DNA from: Tubiluchus corallicola | Lineage: Eukaryota; Animalia; Priapulida | DNA: 64,000 nt | NCBI GenBank assembly: GCA_030141605.1 | Contig: JAQGDQ010002392.1 | Coordinates: forward strand, 62,001 to 126,000 | Direction of reading: 5' to 3' | Shown here: piece after piece, positions 1 through 9,179 of the stretch | Numbering within the stretch: position 1 is the stretch's first letter | How the letters are laid out: each line of letters starts with the position of its first letter | The notes under the pieces: generated by a model | The model's input: only the letters and a program-made list of their open reading frames with translations | Told to the model about the DNA's origin: nothing | Databases searched by the model: none | Translations under genes and position numbers: made by a program

Positions 1-114
1 ATAATGAAATACTTTATTGCAAACTATAAGCTAAATACGGAGGAAATAGACGAACTTTTTGCACCCGATACACAATATTTGCTACAACTATATAAACAGG
101 TAGAGAAGGAATAA
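1..114 (+). CDS. 3' end of an unidentified gene entering from outside the window
   Basis: Frame +1 is open from base 1 (IMKYFIANYKLNTEEIDELFAPDTQYLLQLYKQVEKE) to TAA at 112-114. No recognisable motif. Confidence 0.35.
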   Translation: MMKYFIANYKLNTEEIDELFAPDTQYLLQLYKQVEKE

Positions 115-126
115 AAAATGTTTTAA

Positions 127-345
127 AAAAATGCTTTATATATATTTGTAAACTACAAAATAAACATAAAACTTGTAAAGCAAAAAAACACCGACTTTGA
201 TGCCTTAACATTGGAAGAACAAAAGAAAATACTAACAAACATCTTTGACAAAAACCAAATGTGCGTAAGCTACAGCGAAAGAGACGACAAAGTTTTCAAC
301 GTTACAGAAGAAGAGAAAAAACATAGCAAAGCATTTTACAATTAA
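127..345 (+). pseudogene. C-terminal remnant of a type III restriction-modification Mod (methyltransferase) subunit
   Basis: Frame +1 reads FVNYKINIKLVKQKNTDFDALTLEEQKKILTNIFDKNQMCVSYSERDDKVFNVTEEEKKHSKAFYN*. This resembles the F..LSLEEQK.IL...LDKNQ.YV.YSE.DD....V.EE.K.....FY end of type III Mod proteins. No start codon, and stops lie upstream. Confidence 0.6.
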
Positions 346-351
346 ACAACA

Positions 352-1368
352 ATGACAGATAAACCCGTAAAATATAGCGATGAACTAAGTGAATTTATAC
401 TATACACCACCCCCAATGGAGATGTAAGAGTAAATGTATATATCCACAACGAGACAATATGGCTTACACAAAAGTCTATATCAGCATTATTTAATGTGGG
501 CATTCCTGCAATTAGTAAACACTTAAATAATATTTTTGAAAGTGGAGAACTAAAGGAAAAGTCAGTTGTTTCCATTTTGGAAACAACTGCCTCCGATGGT
601 AAAACCTATAATACAAAATTTTATAACCTTGATGCTATCATTTCAGTAGGTTATAGAGTAAATAGCCAAAGAGCCACACAATTTAGAATATGGGCAACGC
701 AAACATTAAAAGAGTATATCATAAAAGGCTTTGCTATAGATGATGACAGACTAAAAAACAACTCTACTTTACTGGGCAAAGACTATTTTAAAGAACTATT
801 AGAGAGAATACGTTCTATACGCACAAGTGAAAGACGTATATACCAACAAATAACCGATATATTTAGAGAATGTAGTATAGACTATGATAAAAACTCAACA
901 ATAACAAAAAACTTCTATGCCAATGTTCAAAATAAATTTCACTATGCTATACACGGAAATACTGCGGGAGAACTAATATACAAAAGAGTAGATAGCAAAA
1001 AAGATAATATGGGACTTAGAACTTGGAAGAACTCACCAGATGGAAGAATTTTGAAAAGCGATACCACCATAGCCAAAAATTATTTAAACGAAAAAGAGAT
1101 TAAAAGATTAGAAAGAACAGTATCAGGCTATTTTGATTATTTAGAAAACTTAGTAGAAAACAGAGTTACCCTTAAAATGGAAGACTTAAAAAAGAGTGTA
1201 AATAAGTTTTTAGACTTCAATGAGTATAAAATATTAGATGGACTGGGTAAAATCTCCAAAGAGCAAGCAGATAGTAAAGCAAATAAAGAGTATGATGTAT
1301 TTAACAAAACACAAAAGATAGTCTCAGACTTTGACAAAATGATAAAAAAGTTAAACAAAAAAACATAA
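352..1368 (+). CDS. rhuM: RhuM family (virulence RhuM-like DNA-binding) protein
   Basis: 338 aa with ETIWLTQK, YNLDAIISVGYRVNSQRATQFRIWAT, GFAIDDDRLK, LLERIRSIRTSERRIYQQITDIF and VQNKFHYAIHGNTA motifs. Confidence 0.9.
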   Translation: MTDKPVKYSDELSEFILYTTPNGDVRVNVYIHNETIWLTQKSISALFNVGIPAISKHLNNIFESGELKEKSVVSILETTASDGKTYNTKFYNLDAIISVGYRVNSQRATQFRIWATQTLKEYIIKGFAIDDDRLKNNSTLLGKDYFKELLERIRSIRTSERRIYQQITDIFRECSIDYDKNSTITKNFYANVQNKFHYAIHGNTAGELIYKRVDSKKDNMGLRTWKNSPDGRILKSDTTIAKNYLNEKEIKRLERTVSGYFDYLENLVENRVTLKMEDLKKSVNKFLDFNEYKILDGLGKISKEQADSKANKEYDVFNKTQKIVSDFDKMIKKLNKKT

Positions 1369-1437
1369 GCTATAACGAACGACACACTATTCAACATTAC
1401 CCAAGAAGAGAAAAAACACAGCAAAGAGTTTTACTCG
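1365..1437 (+). repeat. Degenerate second copy of the Mod C-terminal tail (direct repeat of ~265-340)
   Basis: taagctataacgaa...ttcaacattacccaagaagagaaaaaacacagcaaagagttttac aligns with taagctacagcgaa...ttcaacgttacagaagaagagaaaaaacatagcaaagcattttac. Confidence 0.8.
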
Positions 1438-1782
1438 TTACCCAAAAACTCATAGCAGAGCTATTTCAAAAGTCCAAATCTACCATTAACGAGCATATCA
1501 AAAATCTATTTCAAGAAGAAGAATTAGAAGAACTTTCAGTTGTTCGGAATTTCCGAACAACTGCCTCTGATGGCAAAGATTATGATACTCTATATTACAA
1601 TTTAGATATTATCATTGCAGTAAGCTACAGAGTAAAATCTCCACAGGGTATTCATTTTAGAAAATGGGCAATGAAACAGTTAAAAGAATATATAGTCAAA
1701 GGCTTTGTAATAGATGATGAACGTTTATCCCGACTTGCCTTTTGACTACTTTGAGGAGCTATTAAAGAGAATACAAGATATT
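1438..1782 (+). pseudogene. Truncated, frameshifted second rhuM paralog
   Basis: Reads TQKLIAELFQKSKSTINEHIKNLFQEEELEELSVVRNFRTTASDGKDYDTLYYNLDIIIAVSYRVKSPQGIHFRKWAMKQLKEYIVKGFVIDDERL, then FDYFEELLKRIQDI in another frame. No start codon and no C-terminal half. Confidence 0.85.
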
Positions 1783-2261
1783 TTTATAACATACAAAAAA
1801 GAGAAAGTTTTAAAGAGGAACTAAGAAAAGGTTTAGACACCTAATACATCAATAGTTTAAAAATAAAATACTGAAATTTGTTGAATTCTCACTAATTTCA
1901 AAATACTCTATTTTGTTCAAAAAATTAGTAGTTCTCTAGCTCTTATTAAGCTCTCTGTTAATTAGTCATACTGCGGCTTGTAGCAGATTTTAGTAAATTT
2001 AGTAGTTTTTTCTTGGTCTTGCAACCTCTCTTGTTAATGGATGTACTCTACGTTTCAGAGGATTTAACAAGTTTTTTTAGTAAAAAATCCTCTTGTTAAT
2101 AGGTATACTCTACGTTGTAAAAGAAATTGCGTTTTTTATGATTGTTAAAGAAAAAAGGAAAATATCCCTATATTTCTAATAATTCTATCCTAAAAATAAG
2201 AACAGGAAGAGACATCAAAAAGAACAACATTAACAAACAACTAACAAACGAAAAAACAAGA

Positions 2262-2430
2262 ATAATAGCAATAAACATAGTAGAAACAAGCACCTTAATA
2301 AGCAAAAAGGGCAAACAAAAAAACAGGCATAATAGCAATAAACATAGTAGAAACAAGCACTTTAATAAGCAAAAAGGGCAAACAAAGGGCAAACAAAGGG
2401 CAAACAAAGGGCAAACAAAGGGCAAACAAA
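2262..2430. repeat. 67-bp-period direct repeat followed by five 11-bp tandem repeats (AAAGGGCAAAC)
   Basis: ataatagcaataaacatagtagaaacaagcac(c/t)ttaataagcaaaaagggcaaac occurs at 2262 and 2329. GGGCAAACAAA units start at 2376, 2387, 2398, 2409 and 2420. Confidence 0.95.
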
Positions 2431-2660
2431 AAGAAAAAACAATAGGAAGAAAGAAATGTTACAGAACCTATAAATCTAAGAAAAATAAAAGTTTAAATAC
2501 TTACAAAGTATTGTAGTATTAACAAATAGGAATGTTATTTTTTATTTAAGCTCTAATCAAACTACTTTAAATTATTTTAGTTTTAAAAAAGACCACAGAA
2601 ATATGTAAGTAAAAAGAAATATAGGCAAATCTTGCCCCTATGTTTGCCCCTGCAAAAAAC

Positions 2661-2693
2661 AATCCCCTGTAAAGCATTTGTTTACAAGGGATT
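2661..2693 (-). terminator. Inverted repeat downstream of tRNA-Cys (terminator-like or element-end hairpin)
   Basis: aatcccctgtaaa-gcatttg-tttacaagggatt, a near-perfect 13-bp stem. Confidence 0.55.
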
Positions 2694-2707
2694 ATTCATT
2701 TCATCGG

Positions 2708-2778
2708 AGGTCTCGAGCGGATTCGAACCGCTGTAAATGGTTTTGCAGACCACTGCCTAGCCACTCGGCCACGAGACC
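2708..2778 (-). tRNA. tRNA-Cys (GCA)
   Basis: Reverse complement GGTCTCGTGGCCGAGTGGCTAGGCAGTGGTCTGCAAAACCATTTACAGCGGTTCGAATCCGCTCGAGACCT. Acceptor stem GGTCTCG/CGAGACC, GCA anticodon, GGTTCGAATCC T-loop. Confidence 0.97.
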
Positions 2779-2787
2779 TAATTTCTG

Positions 2788-2795
2788 CAAAGTTA
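2788..2795 (-). promoter_or_regulatory. Bacteroidota sigma-70 -7 element (TAACTTTG) for tRNA-Cys
   Basis: Matches the TAnnTTTG consensus about 10 nt upstream of the tRNA 5' end. Confidence 0.7.
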
Positions 2796-2870
2796 GGTTT
2801 TTATATATATTTTACAATATTTATAAATATTTTTTTATATTTGTTTTCAACAAAAAAATATCTAAATGCT

Positions 2871-3155
2871 ATGAATAACAAGCAAATTGTAAAAGAGCTT
2901 TCTTCAAAATTAAATCAACCTCAAATAGAAGTAGCAAAATTAGTAACATCCTGCACTCAAGTCATATTAAATATTATAGATGAAGATAAAGGTATTACAA
3001 TACCCAACTTAGGAACATTCAAAACCTATATGAAAAACAAAAGAAAATCTTTCGACCCGTTCAACAAAATTATGATAATGCTTCCCCCTAAACGTTTAAT
3101 AAAATTTAGTCCTAGTTCTATTCTCAAAGACGAGTTAAAAAACAAAAAAATCTAA
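2871..3155 (+). CDS. HU/IHF family DNA-binding protein
   Basis: MNNKQIVKELS...ITIPNLGTFK...KRKSFDP...I.LPPKRLIKFSPSSILKDEL. Likely ATG at 2871. Confidence 0.85.
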   Translation: MNNKQIVKELSSKLNQPQIEVAKLVTSCTQVILNIIDEDKGITIPNLGTFKTYMKNKRKSFDPFNKIMIMLPPKRLIKFSPSSILKDELKNKKI

Positions 3156-3158
3156 TCA

Positions 3159-4169
3159 ATGAGCAAAAAGATAACGTTTACAGATCTGATAGAGAAGATA
3201 GCTCAAGAAACAGGAACATCCAAAAAGTTAATACACAATCTTTTAACAGAAATAGCAAATATAACCAAGGAAGGACTAAGTCGTGATGGACAAACAACCA
3301 TTAAAAACTTAGGAACATTTCAATTAAAATGGCACAAAAGCAGAAAAGGAAGAAATCCCCAAACAGGGGAAGAAATAGAACTGCCTGCCTCCAACAGCAT
3401 AGTCTTCAAACCTGAGCTAAAAATAAGAGAACACATCAACCGAAAATATGCATCGTTAAAATCCAAACCCATAGAAGACAATAAAAAACAAAAAGCCCTT
3501 ATCTTAGAAAAACAACCTAAGGCCATCACATCAGGCAAAACAGAAACACCTCGCCCCGTAAAAGAAAAGAAAAAAACAACTTCACTATGGATATGGGGAG
3601 CTGCTATCTTGCTTATAGCTTTAATCGCTTACTATCTATTCGCTCCATCCTCTACTGAAGAGCCTAAAGAATTTACAGAGGCAAAACCAACAGCAATAGA
3701 AGAACACATCAAATCAAACACCACCGAAAAGCCTGTTGTAAAACAAAAAATAGTTCCTAAACCAAACCAAATCCACAAAATACAAGAAGGAGACAAACTA
3801 TGGAGCATCTCTAGACTCTATTATACCAACAATGGTTATCTATGGCCCAACATTTATCGTGTTAATCTAAACATAATAAAAAACCCAGATATTCTGCCCA
3901 AAGGGCATAACATACAAATACCAGTATTGGAAGGAACTCCTGAAAATCCTACACAAAAAGACATTGAAAATATAGCAGAAGGCTTTATTCACGCATATCT
4001 TACTTACAAAAATTTAGGCCACGAGGGAGCTGAATACTACCTATGGGCACTAAAAGAAATAGATGTAGAGCACATTATAGAAAAATACAAAGACCAAATA
4101 GACCCATACGACTTGGAGATAATGAAGAAAATAAAATTTATACCCAAAAACAAACTAAGAAAAGAATAA
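3159..4169 (+). CDS. HU/IHF domain - transmembrane helix - LysM domain protein
   Basis: N-terminal HU (LGTFQL..HKSRKGRNPQTGEEIELPA...FKP), hydrophobic LWIWGAAILLIALIAYYLF, LysM-like HKIQEGDKLWSISRLYY...WPNIYRVN...NPDIL..G..I.IP. Confidence 0.85.
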   Translation: MSKKITFTDLIEKIAQETGTSKKLIHNLLTEIANITKEGLSRDGQTTIKNLGTFQLKWHKSRKGRNPQTGEEIELPASNSIVFKPELKIREHINRKYASLKSKPIEDNKKQKALILEKQPKAITSGKTETPRPVKEKKKTTSLWIWGAAILLIALIAYYLFAPSSTEEPKEFTEAKPTAIEEHIKSNTTEKPVVKQKIVPKPNQIHKIQEGDKLWSISRLYYTNNGYLWPNIYRVNLNIIKNPDILPKGHNIQIPVLEGTPENPTQKDIENIAEGFIHAYLTYKNLGHEGAEYYLWALKEIDVEHIIEKYKDQIDPYDLEIMKKIKFIPKNKLRKE

Positions 4170-4216
4170 CTAATATTTGGAAACTAAAAAGCAAAATATA
4201 TATCTTCTACAACTTA

Positions 4217-5164
4217 CTACAACTCCTCTGACACTTGGTACATATCTCTTATAGCAGAATTTCTATAAATAAGTTCTGCTACAAAGCCTGCTAAGAACAA
4301 CTGTGTTCCCAAAACCATTGTAATAAGAGCAATGTAGAAATACGGATTTTCGGTAACTAAGATTGTATCTACTCCCTCATGTAGGTAATACAACTTTTGA
4401 ATACCTATAACAGCAGAAAATATAAATCCAAAAATAAACATCAGTGTCCCCCAAAAGCCAAATAGATGCATTGGGCGTTTCCCAAAACGGGTCATAAACA
4501 GAACTGTCATAAGGTCTAAGAAACCTCTCAAAAAACGCTCTAAGCCAAACTTAGTTTTTCCATATTTCCTTGCCTGATGTTCTACTACTTTTTCCCCTAT
4601 CTTTGCAAAACCAGCCTCCTTTGCCAGAAAAGGAACATACCTGTGCATTTCACCATATACCTCTATATTTTTTACTACATTTTGTTTGTAAGCCTTCAAT
4701 CCACAGTTGAAATCGTGCAACTTTATACCTGAAAACAAACGAGCAGCAGAATTAAAAAACTTACTTGGAAGCCTTTTGCCAATAGAATCGTATCTTTTTT
4801 TCTTCCAGCCTGACACCAAGTCGTAATCATCGTTCTTTATCATATTGTAAAGCTCTGGAATTTCTTCAGGGCTATCTTGTAAATCAGCATCCATTGTAAC
4901 TACCACATCACCTTTTACCGCCTTAAATCCACAATACAATGCTGCTGATTTGCCATAATTACGCCTCAATCGAATGCCACGTACCTCTTTATTAGCAGTA
5001 GACAATTGTTCCACTACTTCCCAAGATCCATCACTACTACCATCATCTACAAAAATTACCTCATATAAGAATCTATGCTTATTCATAGTCCTTTGTATCC
5101 ACTCACAAAGTTCAACTAACGACTCTTCCTCGTTATACAAAGACACAATAATAGAAATATCCAT
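4217..5164 (-). CDS. Glycosyltransferase family 2 (ArnC/DPM1-like) with C-terminal TM helices
   Basis: FVDDGSSDGS, RRNYGKSAAL, TMDADLQDSPEEIP, LVSGWKK.RYD, LHDFNCGLKAY, YGEMHRY. Confidence 0.9.
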   Translation of the reverse strand: MDISIIVSLYNEEESLVELCEWIQRTMNKHRFLYEVIFVDDGSSDGSWEVVEQLSTANKEVRGIRLRRNYGKSAALYCGFKAVKGDVVVTMDADLQDSPEEIPELYNMIKNDDYDLVSGWKKKRYDSIGKRLPSKFFNSAARLFSGIKLHDFNCGLKAYKQNVVKNIEVYGEMHRYVPFLAKEAGFAKIGEKVVEHQARKYGKTKFGLERFLRGFLDLMTVLFMTRFGKRPMHLFGFWGTLMFIFGFIFSAVIGIQKLYYLHEGVDTILVTENPYFYIALITMVLGTQLFLAGFVAELIYRNSAIRDMYQVSEEL

Positions 5165-5636
5165 CTTTTATTTATATTCAAGCTAACAATATGATAAAAA
5201 GAGAATAATAGAAAAAGCATTCCTTATAAGATTGTTTTTTCATTTTGGCAATCTTGTTTTTCTTATACCTAAATCATTAAAACAATTTATCTTTTCTATA
5301 TGCTCCATGATAATTGTATTATCAATTGGTGAAAAATAGTATGCAATGTTAGTGTCATTCTTGAATTTTGTGATAGCAAAATATCAAGAATCTTAAAACG
5401 CATAAGATACTTGCTTTTGCAACTATTACATACTGCTTACTACCAAATCTTCTAATATATTATTCGTTCTCTCTTCACTTTAACGAACAAAGCCGCAAAT
5501 TTAAACATCTATAATAACTTTACAAACTTTTTATTTTACAGAAAAACAAAGATTACATATAGTTTTCTTAATAAAGGTTTACCTATTTAGACTACCTATA
5601 CAGCCTTAACATATTTTACCTTATGTTTATATCTAC

Positions 5637-6626
5637 CTACTTCCTCAAAGAAATAACCTGCCCTTCGGTAACTTCATCCCCCACATTCATATTATTTTTC
5701 TGATACAATTTATCTAATCTTAAACCAAATTTTTGAGAAATAGAATACAAGGTTTCTCCTTCCTGCACTTTGTAGTGTTTATTTTTTCTGGTTGTTCTCT
5801 TCCTTTTTCCCTCTATATATACTATTACATCTTTTTTTAATTTAGCCCCTTGCTCTAAATCATTAAACTGATAAATTTGCCACAATCTCAAATCGTAATA
5901 CTCTGCCAAACTCTCAAAAGTATCTCCATCTCTTGAAACAACATATTTCACACGGTTATTCTCAGCCACAAAACGTTGCTCTGGGTCTTCTATTTCAAAA
6001 TTATCAATATCCTCGAAACGTTCCATTTTAATATCCTTTACACTTACCACCTCTGTAGCTTTCAGCTTGCCATAATCATATTTTATTTGTCTTTTATCGT
6101 AATTATACAAAGAATATCTTTCAATAAGGCTTATCAACTTTTCTGCATAATCAGGTGCTGTAGCATAACCCGCTTTTTTCAGTCCTTTCGACCATCCTTT
6201 ATAGTCCGTTTGTTTCAATTCAAATAAAGAAGAGTAACGCCCCCTATTGGCTAAAAAGTCCGAATGATCTACATATGAACCATATACTGATGGATATTTC
6301 CTAAAACACTCTCCTTTCTCATCATCATCGTGATATACCCTGTCCCCACTCCAAGAAGAATGACATTTGATACCAAAATGATTGTTAGACTTACGTGCCA
6401 AGGTACTATTTCCACTACCCGACTCCAAAATACCTTGAGCCAAGGTAATACTTGCAGGAACACCTGCACGTTTCATTTCCTTTATCGCCAATTGATTGTA
6501 CTTTTCGATATATTCCTCTGGAGTTATTTTTTTATCCTTTGCCAACATATCAGAAGTAGCCAACACCCCTACAACTATCACTACCGTAAATACTTTATAA
6601 ACACTTAGCATATCTATCTTATTCAT
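5637..6626 (-). CDS. GH73 glucosaminidase with LysM domains (peptidoglycan hydrolase)
   Basis: VPASITLAQGILESGSG.S.LA..SNNHFGIKCH, GLKKAGYATAPDYA, and two C-terminal LysM-like repeats. Confidence 0.92.
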   Translation of the reverse strand: MNKIDMLSVYKVFTVVIVVGVLATSDMLAKDKKITPEEYIEKYNQLAIKEMKRAGVPASITLAQGILESGSGNSTLARKSNNHFGIKCHSSWSGDRVYHDDDEKGECFRKYPSVYGSYVDHSDFLANRGRYSSLFELKQTDYKGWSKGLKKAGYATAPDYAEKLISLIERYSLYNYDKRQIKYDYGKLKATEVVSVKDIKMERFEDIDNFEIEDPEQRFVAENNRVKYVVSRDGDTFESLAEYYDLRLWQIYQFNDLEQGAKLKKDVIVYIEGKRKRTTRKNKHYKVQEGETLYSISQKFGLRLDKLYQKNNMNVGDEVTEGQVISLRK

Positions 6627-6895
6627 TTAGATAACAGATTCTTATTTAGCAATAAAAACAATGTATAGCCCCAAATTGTTAGAAGATATTTTATTATGTA
6701 TTAAAAACTTCCTAATACCTTTTACTATCACAATAGTAAGAAATATAGCAATACTATATATAAATATCTACCAACTTTCAAATCACTGTACTTATTTCCT
6801 CTGCAAATATAATTTGATATTCTTAAACAAAAAAAACTTAATTTTACCTTTTTTATAAAAAAAGTAATAATTAGAAAATACTGCTACCCCTCTTT

Positions 6896-7642
6896 ATGAA
6901 TAACAACAAAATAAGACACCAATTCAAAAAAAGCATTCCCACTTATAACGAATATGCCACTATACAAAAAAAAATATGTAACACTCTTATAACTTTACTA
7001 AAACAACAATCTATTAGCACATATTCCAATATATTAGAAATAGGAAGTGGAACAGGATTACTAACCAAGCAAATAGCAATAAATTTCGCTTACAACAATT
7101 TAAATATCAACGATTTAGTTCCAGAAATGGAAAACCAGTTAAAACAAATCGTTCCCAATTTCACAAAATTCATAGCGGGCGATGCTGAAAAAATAGCCCT
7201 ACCACAAGACCAAGACCTTATAATATCATCCAACACCTTACACTGGTTTAATCACTTGGAAGCCTTCTTCCTCAAAATCAGCAACCATCTTTCTCCTGAT
7301 GGTACACTGGCTTTCTCCACTTTCGGACCAAAAAACTTTGTAGAAATAAAAAAAAACCTCAACATATCCCTGAACTACCTGACTACTGAGCAAATAAAAG
7401 AACTACTACAAAAAAAATTCAATATTATAGCCCACAAAGAAGAAACTCAAACTTTATATTTCGACACACCCTACCAAGTATTACAGCACTTAAAAGCCAC
7501 AGGTACTAATAGTTTAAAGAATTTACGATGGACAAAGCAAAAACTAGCCCAGTTTACAGACGATTACATTGAAAAATGCAACACCCCAAAGGGGCTGACA
7601 CTCACCTATCATCCGTTATATTTCATAGCAAGAAAAAAATAA
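6896..7642 (+). CDS. bioC: Malonyl-ACP O-methyltransferase BioC
   Basis: I...F.K...TYN..A.IQ, SAM motif LEIGSGTGLLT, GDAE, FSTFGPKNF.EI, HLKATG, LTYHP.Y. Confidence 0.85.
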   Translation: MNNNKIRHQFKKSIPTYNEYATIQKKICNTLITLLKQQSISTYSNILEIGSGTGLLTKQIAINFAYNNLNINDLVPEMENQLKQIVPNFTKFIAGDAEKIALPQDQDLIISSNTLHWFNHLEAFFLKISNHLSPDGTLAFSTFGPKNFVEIKKNLNISLNYLTTEQIKELLQKKFNIIAHKEETQTLYFDTPYQVLQHLKATGTNSLKNLRWTKQKLAQFTDDYIEKCNTPKGLTLTYHPLYFIARKK

Positions 7643-7804
7643 TTACAATAACAACATATAGTTTACATTAAGCTATTTACAACATATGGCTAATAATTCT
7701 CTTCTCAGCATATTTGAACGAGTTATTAATCATTTCCTAAATAATTTTCTACCACAACAAGAGCTAATCCGAGTTAAATAAATGCAGTTAATTATTACTC
7801 AATA

Positions 7805-7838
7805 AAAAAGGCTATCCTTAAAAAAGAATAGCCTTTTT
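7805..7838. terminator. Bidirectional rho-independent terminator between convergent bioC and gap
   Basis: aaaaaggctat-ccttaaaaaaga-atagccttttt. Confidence 0.75.
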
Positions 7839-7855
7839 ACATATGCAAGTAAATG

Positions 7856-8860
7856 CTAACTGAAAAGTTTTTCAGCCAAATCTATTACACGTGCCGAATA
7901 TCCCCACTCATTATCGTACCAAGAAAGTATTTTTATTGTTTTTCCTTGCGACATAGTAGCAGAGGCATCAAATATTGATGAATGTGGATTATGTATCACA
8001 TCTACTGATACTATTGGGTCTTCTGTGTATTCTAAAATACCTTTCATTGGCCCTTCTGCAGCTTTTTTAACAGCAGCGTTTATTTGTTCTTTTGTAGCTT
8101 CTTTTTTAAGATTAACCACCAAGTCTACCACTGAGCCTGTAGGAGTTGGAACTCTTACAGCCATTCCGTCTAATTTACCAGCCAAATCAGGTATTATTTT
8201 ACCCACTGCAGAAGCTGCTCCCGTAGTAGTAGGTATTTGTGAAATAGCTGCCGAACGAGCTCTTCTTAAATCAGAATGTGGTGCATCCAAAATAGTTTGG
8301 TCATTAGTGTAAGAGTGGATAGTAGTCATTAGTCCATTTTCAATACCAAACTCATCGTTCAACACTTTAGCTACTGGTGCAAGACAATTGGTAGTACAAG
8401 AAGCATTAGATACACACTCGTCAGAAGATTTCAGTGCATCGTCATTTACACCAAGCACTATCATATTATCTATTTTATCTTTAGCAGGAACAGTAAGGAT
8501 AACCTTTTTAGCTCCATTTTTCAAGTGGTCGCCATAACCCCCTCTATCACTTTCTTTTTTTGTAAAAATACCAGTAGATTCTATTACTACATCAGGTGTT
8601 TCGCCCCAAGGAATATTAGCAGGGTTTCTTTCCGCTGATATTTTTATTTTCTTTCCATTCACAATAATTCCTTCGCTATCATAATCTACTTTTCCTTCGA
8701 ACCTACCTTGTGTAGAATCATATTTTAGCAAATGTGCTAGTGTCTTAGTGTCTGTTAGGTCATTAATACCTACTATTTCAAAACCTTGCCTCTCTATGGC
8801 AATCTTAAAAACATTACGCCCAATACGACCAAAACCGTTAATTGCTACTTTTATTGACAT
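7856..8860 (-). CDS. gap: Type I glyceraldehyde-3-phosphate dehydrogenase
   Basis: INGFGRIGR, catalytic [22 protein letters not shown]. Confidence 0.98.
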   Translation of the reverse strand: MSIKVAINGFGRIGRNVFKIAIERQGFEIVGINDLTDTKTLAHLLKYDSTQGRFEGKVDYDSEGIIVNGKKIKISAERNPANIPWGETPDVVIESTGIFTKKESDRGGYGDHLKNGAKKVILTVPAKDKIDNMIVLGVNDDALKSSDECVSNASCTTNCLAPVAKVLNDEFGIENGLMTTIHSYTNDQTILDAPHSDLRRARSAAISQIPTTTGAASAVGKIIPDLAGKLDGMAVRVPTPTGSVVDLVVNLKKEATKEQINAAVKKAAEGPMKGILEYTEDPIVSVDVIHNPHSSIFDASATMSQGKTIKILSWYDNEWGYSARVIDLAEKLFS

Positions 8861-8899
8861 TTTTAATGTAATTTTAAAATTAATAAAAACTTAACTTAT

Positions 8900-9034
8900 T
8901 TATATATTATTTTGATTGTTTATATCCACTTGCGAATATGCTGGACAAGGAATAGACTTCTTGTTTACACCACAAGAGCTAACTGCCAACAAAGTAACAA
9001 CTAAAACAATAGTAAGAAACACTATTTTCTTCAT
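8900..9034 (-). CDS. Small (44 aa) lipoprotein not in the ORF track
   Basis: MKKIVFLTIVLVVTLLAVSSCGVNKKSIPCPAYSQVDINNQNNI*. It has a basic N-terminus, hydrophobic core and lipobox VSS-C, and lies 40 bp upstream of gap on the same strand. Confidence 0.75.
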   Translation of the reverse strand: MKKIVFLTIVLVVTLLAVSSCGVNKKSIPCPAYSQVDINNQNNI

Positions 9035-9179
9035 AATTTTGCCTATTTATTTATTCACTCTATCTTCTATAAATTATAACTAAGATAAAAGTACGCAAAA
9101 ATAATGAATTTTTCTTATGTGCAAGGTTTTTATTTTTATTTTTGCAATAATAATTTTACGAATTTTATACACTACTTAA

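Noticed and set aside
1951-2120. Three spaced motifs as a mini-CRISPR array
   Set aside because: The repeats are degenerate, non-palindromic and irregularly spaced, with no leader or cas genes. Kept only as possible binding sites.
2142-2516. 124-aa ORF (and antisense 2168-2425) as functional genes
   Set aside because: TTG start and low complexity. The open frames are explained by A-rich tandem repeats.
2678-2878. 66-aa ORF
   Set aside because: It is antisense to tRNA-Cys and spurious.
5165-5636. Long intergenic region as ncRNA or riboswitch
   Set aside because: AT-rich with only a promoter-like TAAATTTG motif. No recognisable conserved RNA structure.
6896-7642. Orphan bioC without other bio genes
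   Set aside because: Scattered pathway genes are common, and the rest may lie outside the window. The same applies to menB.
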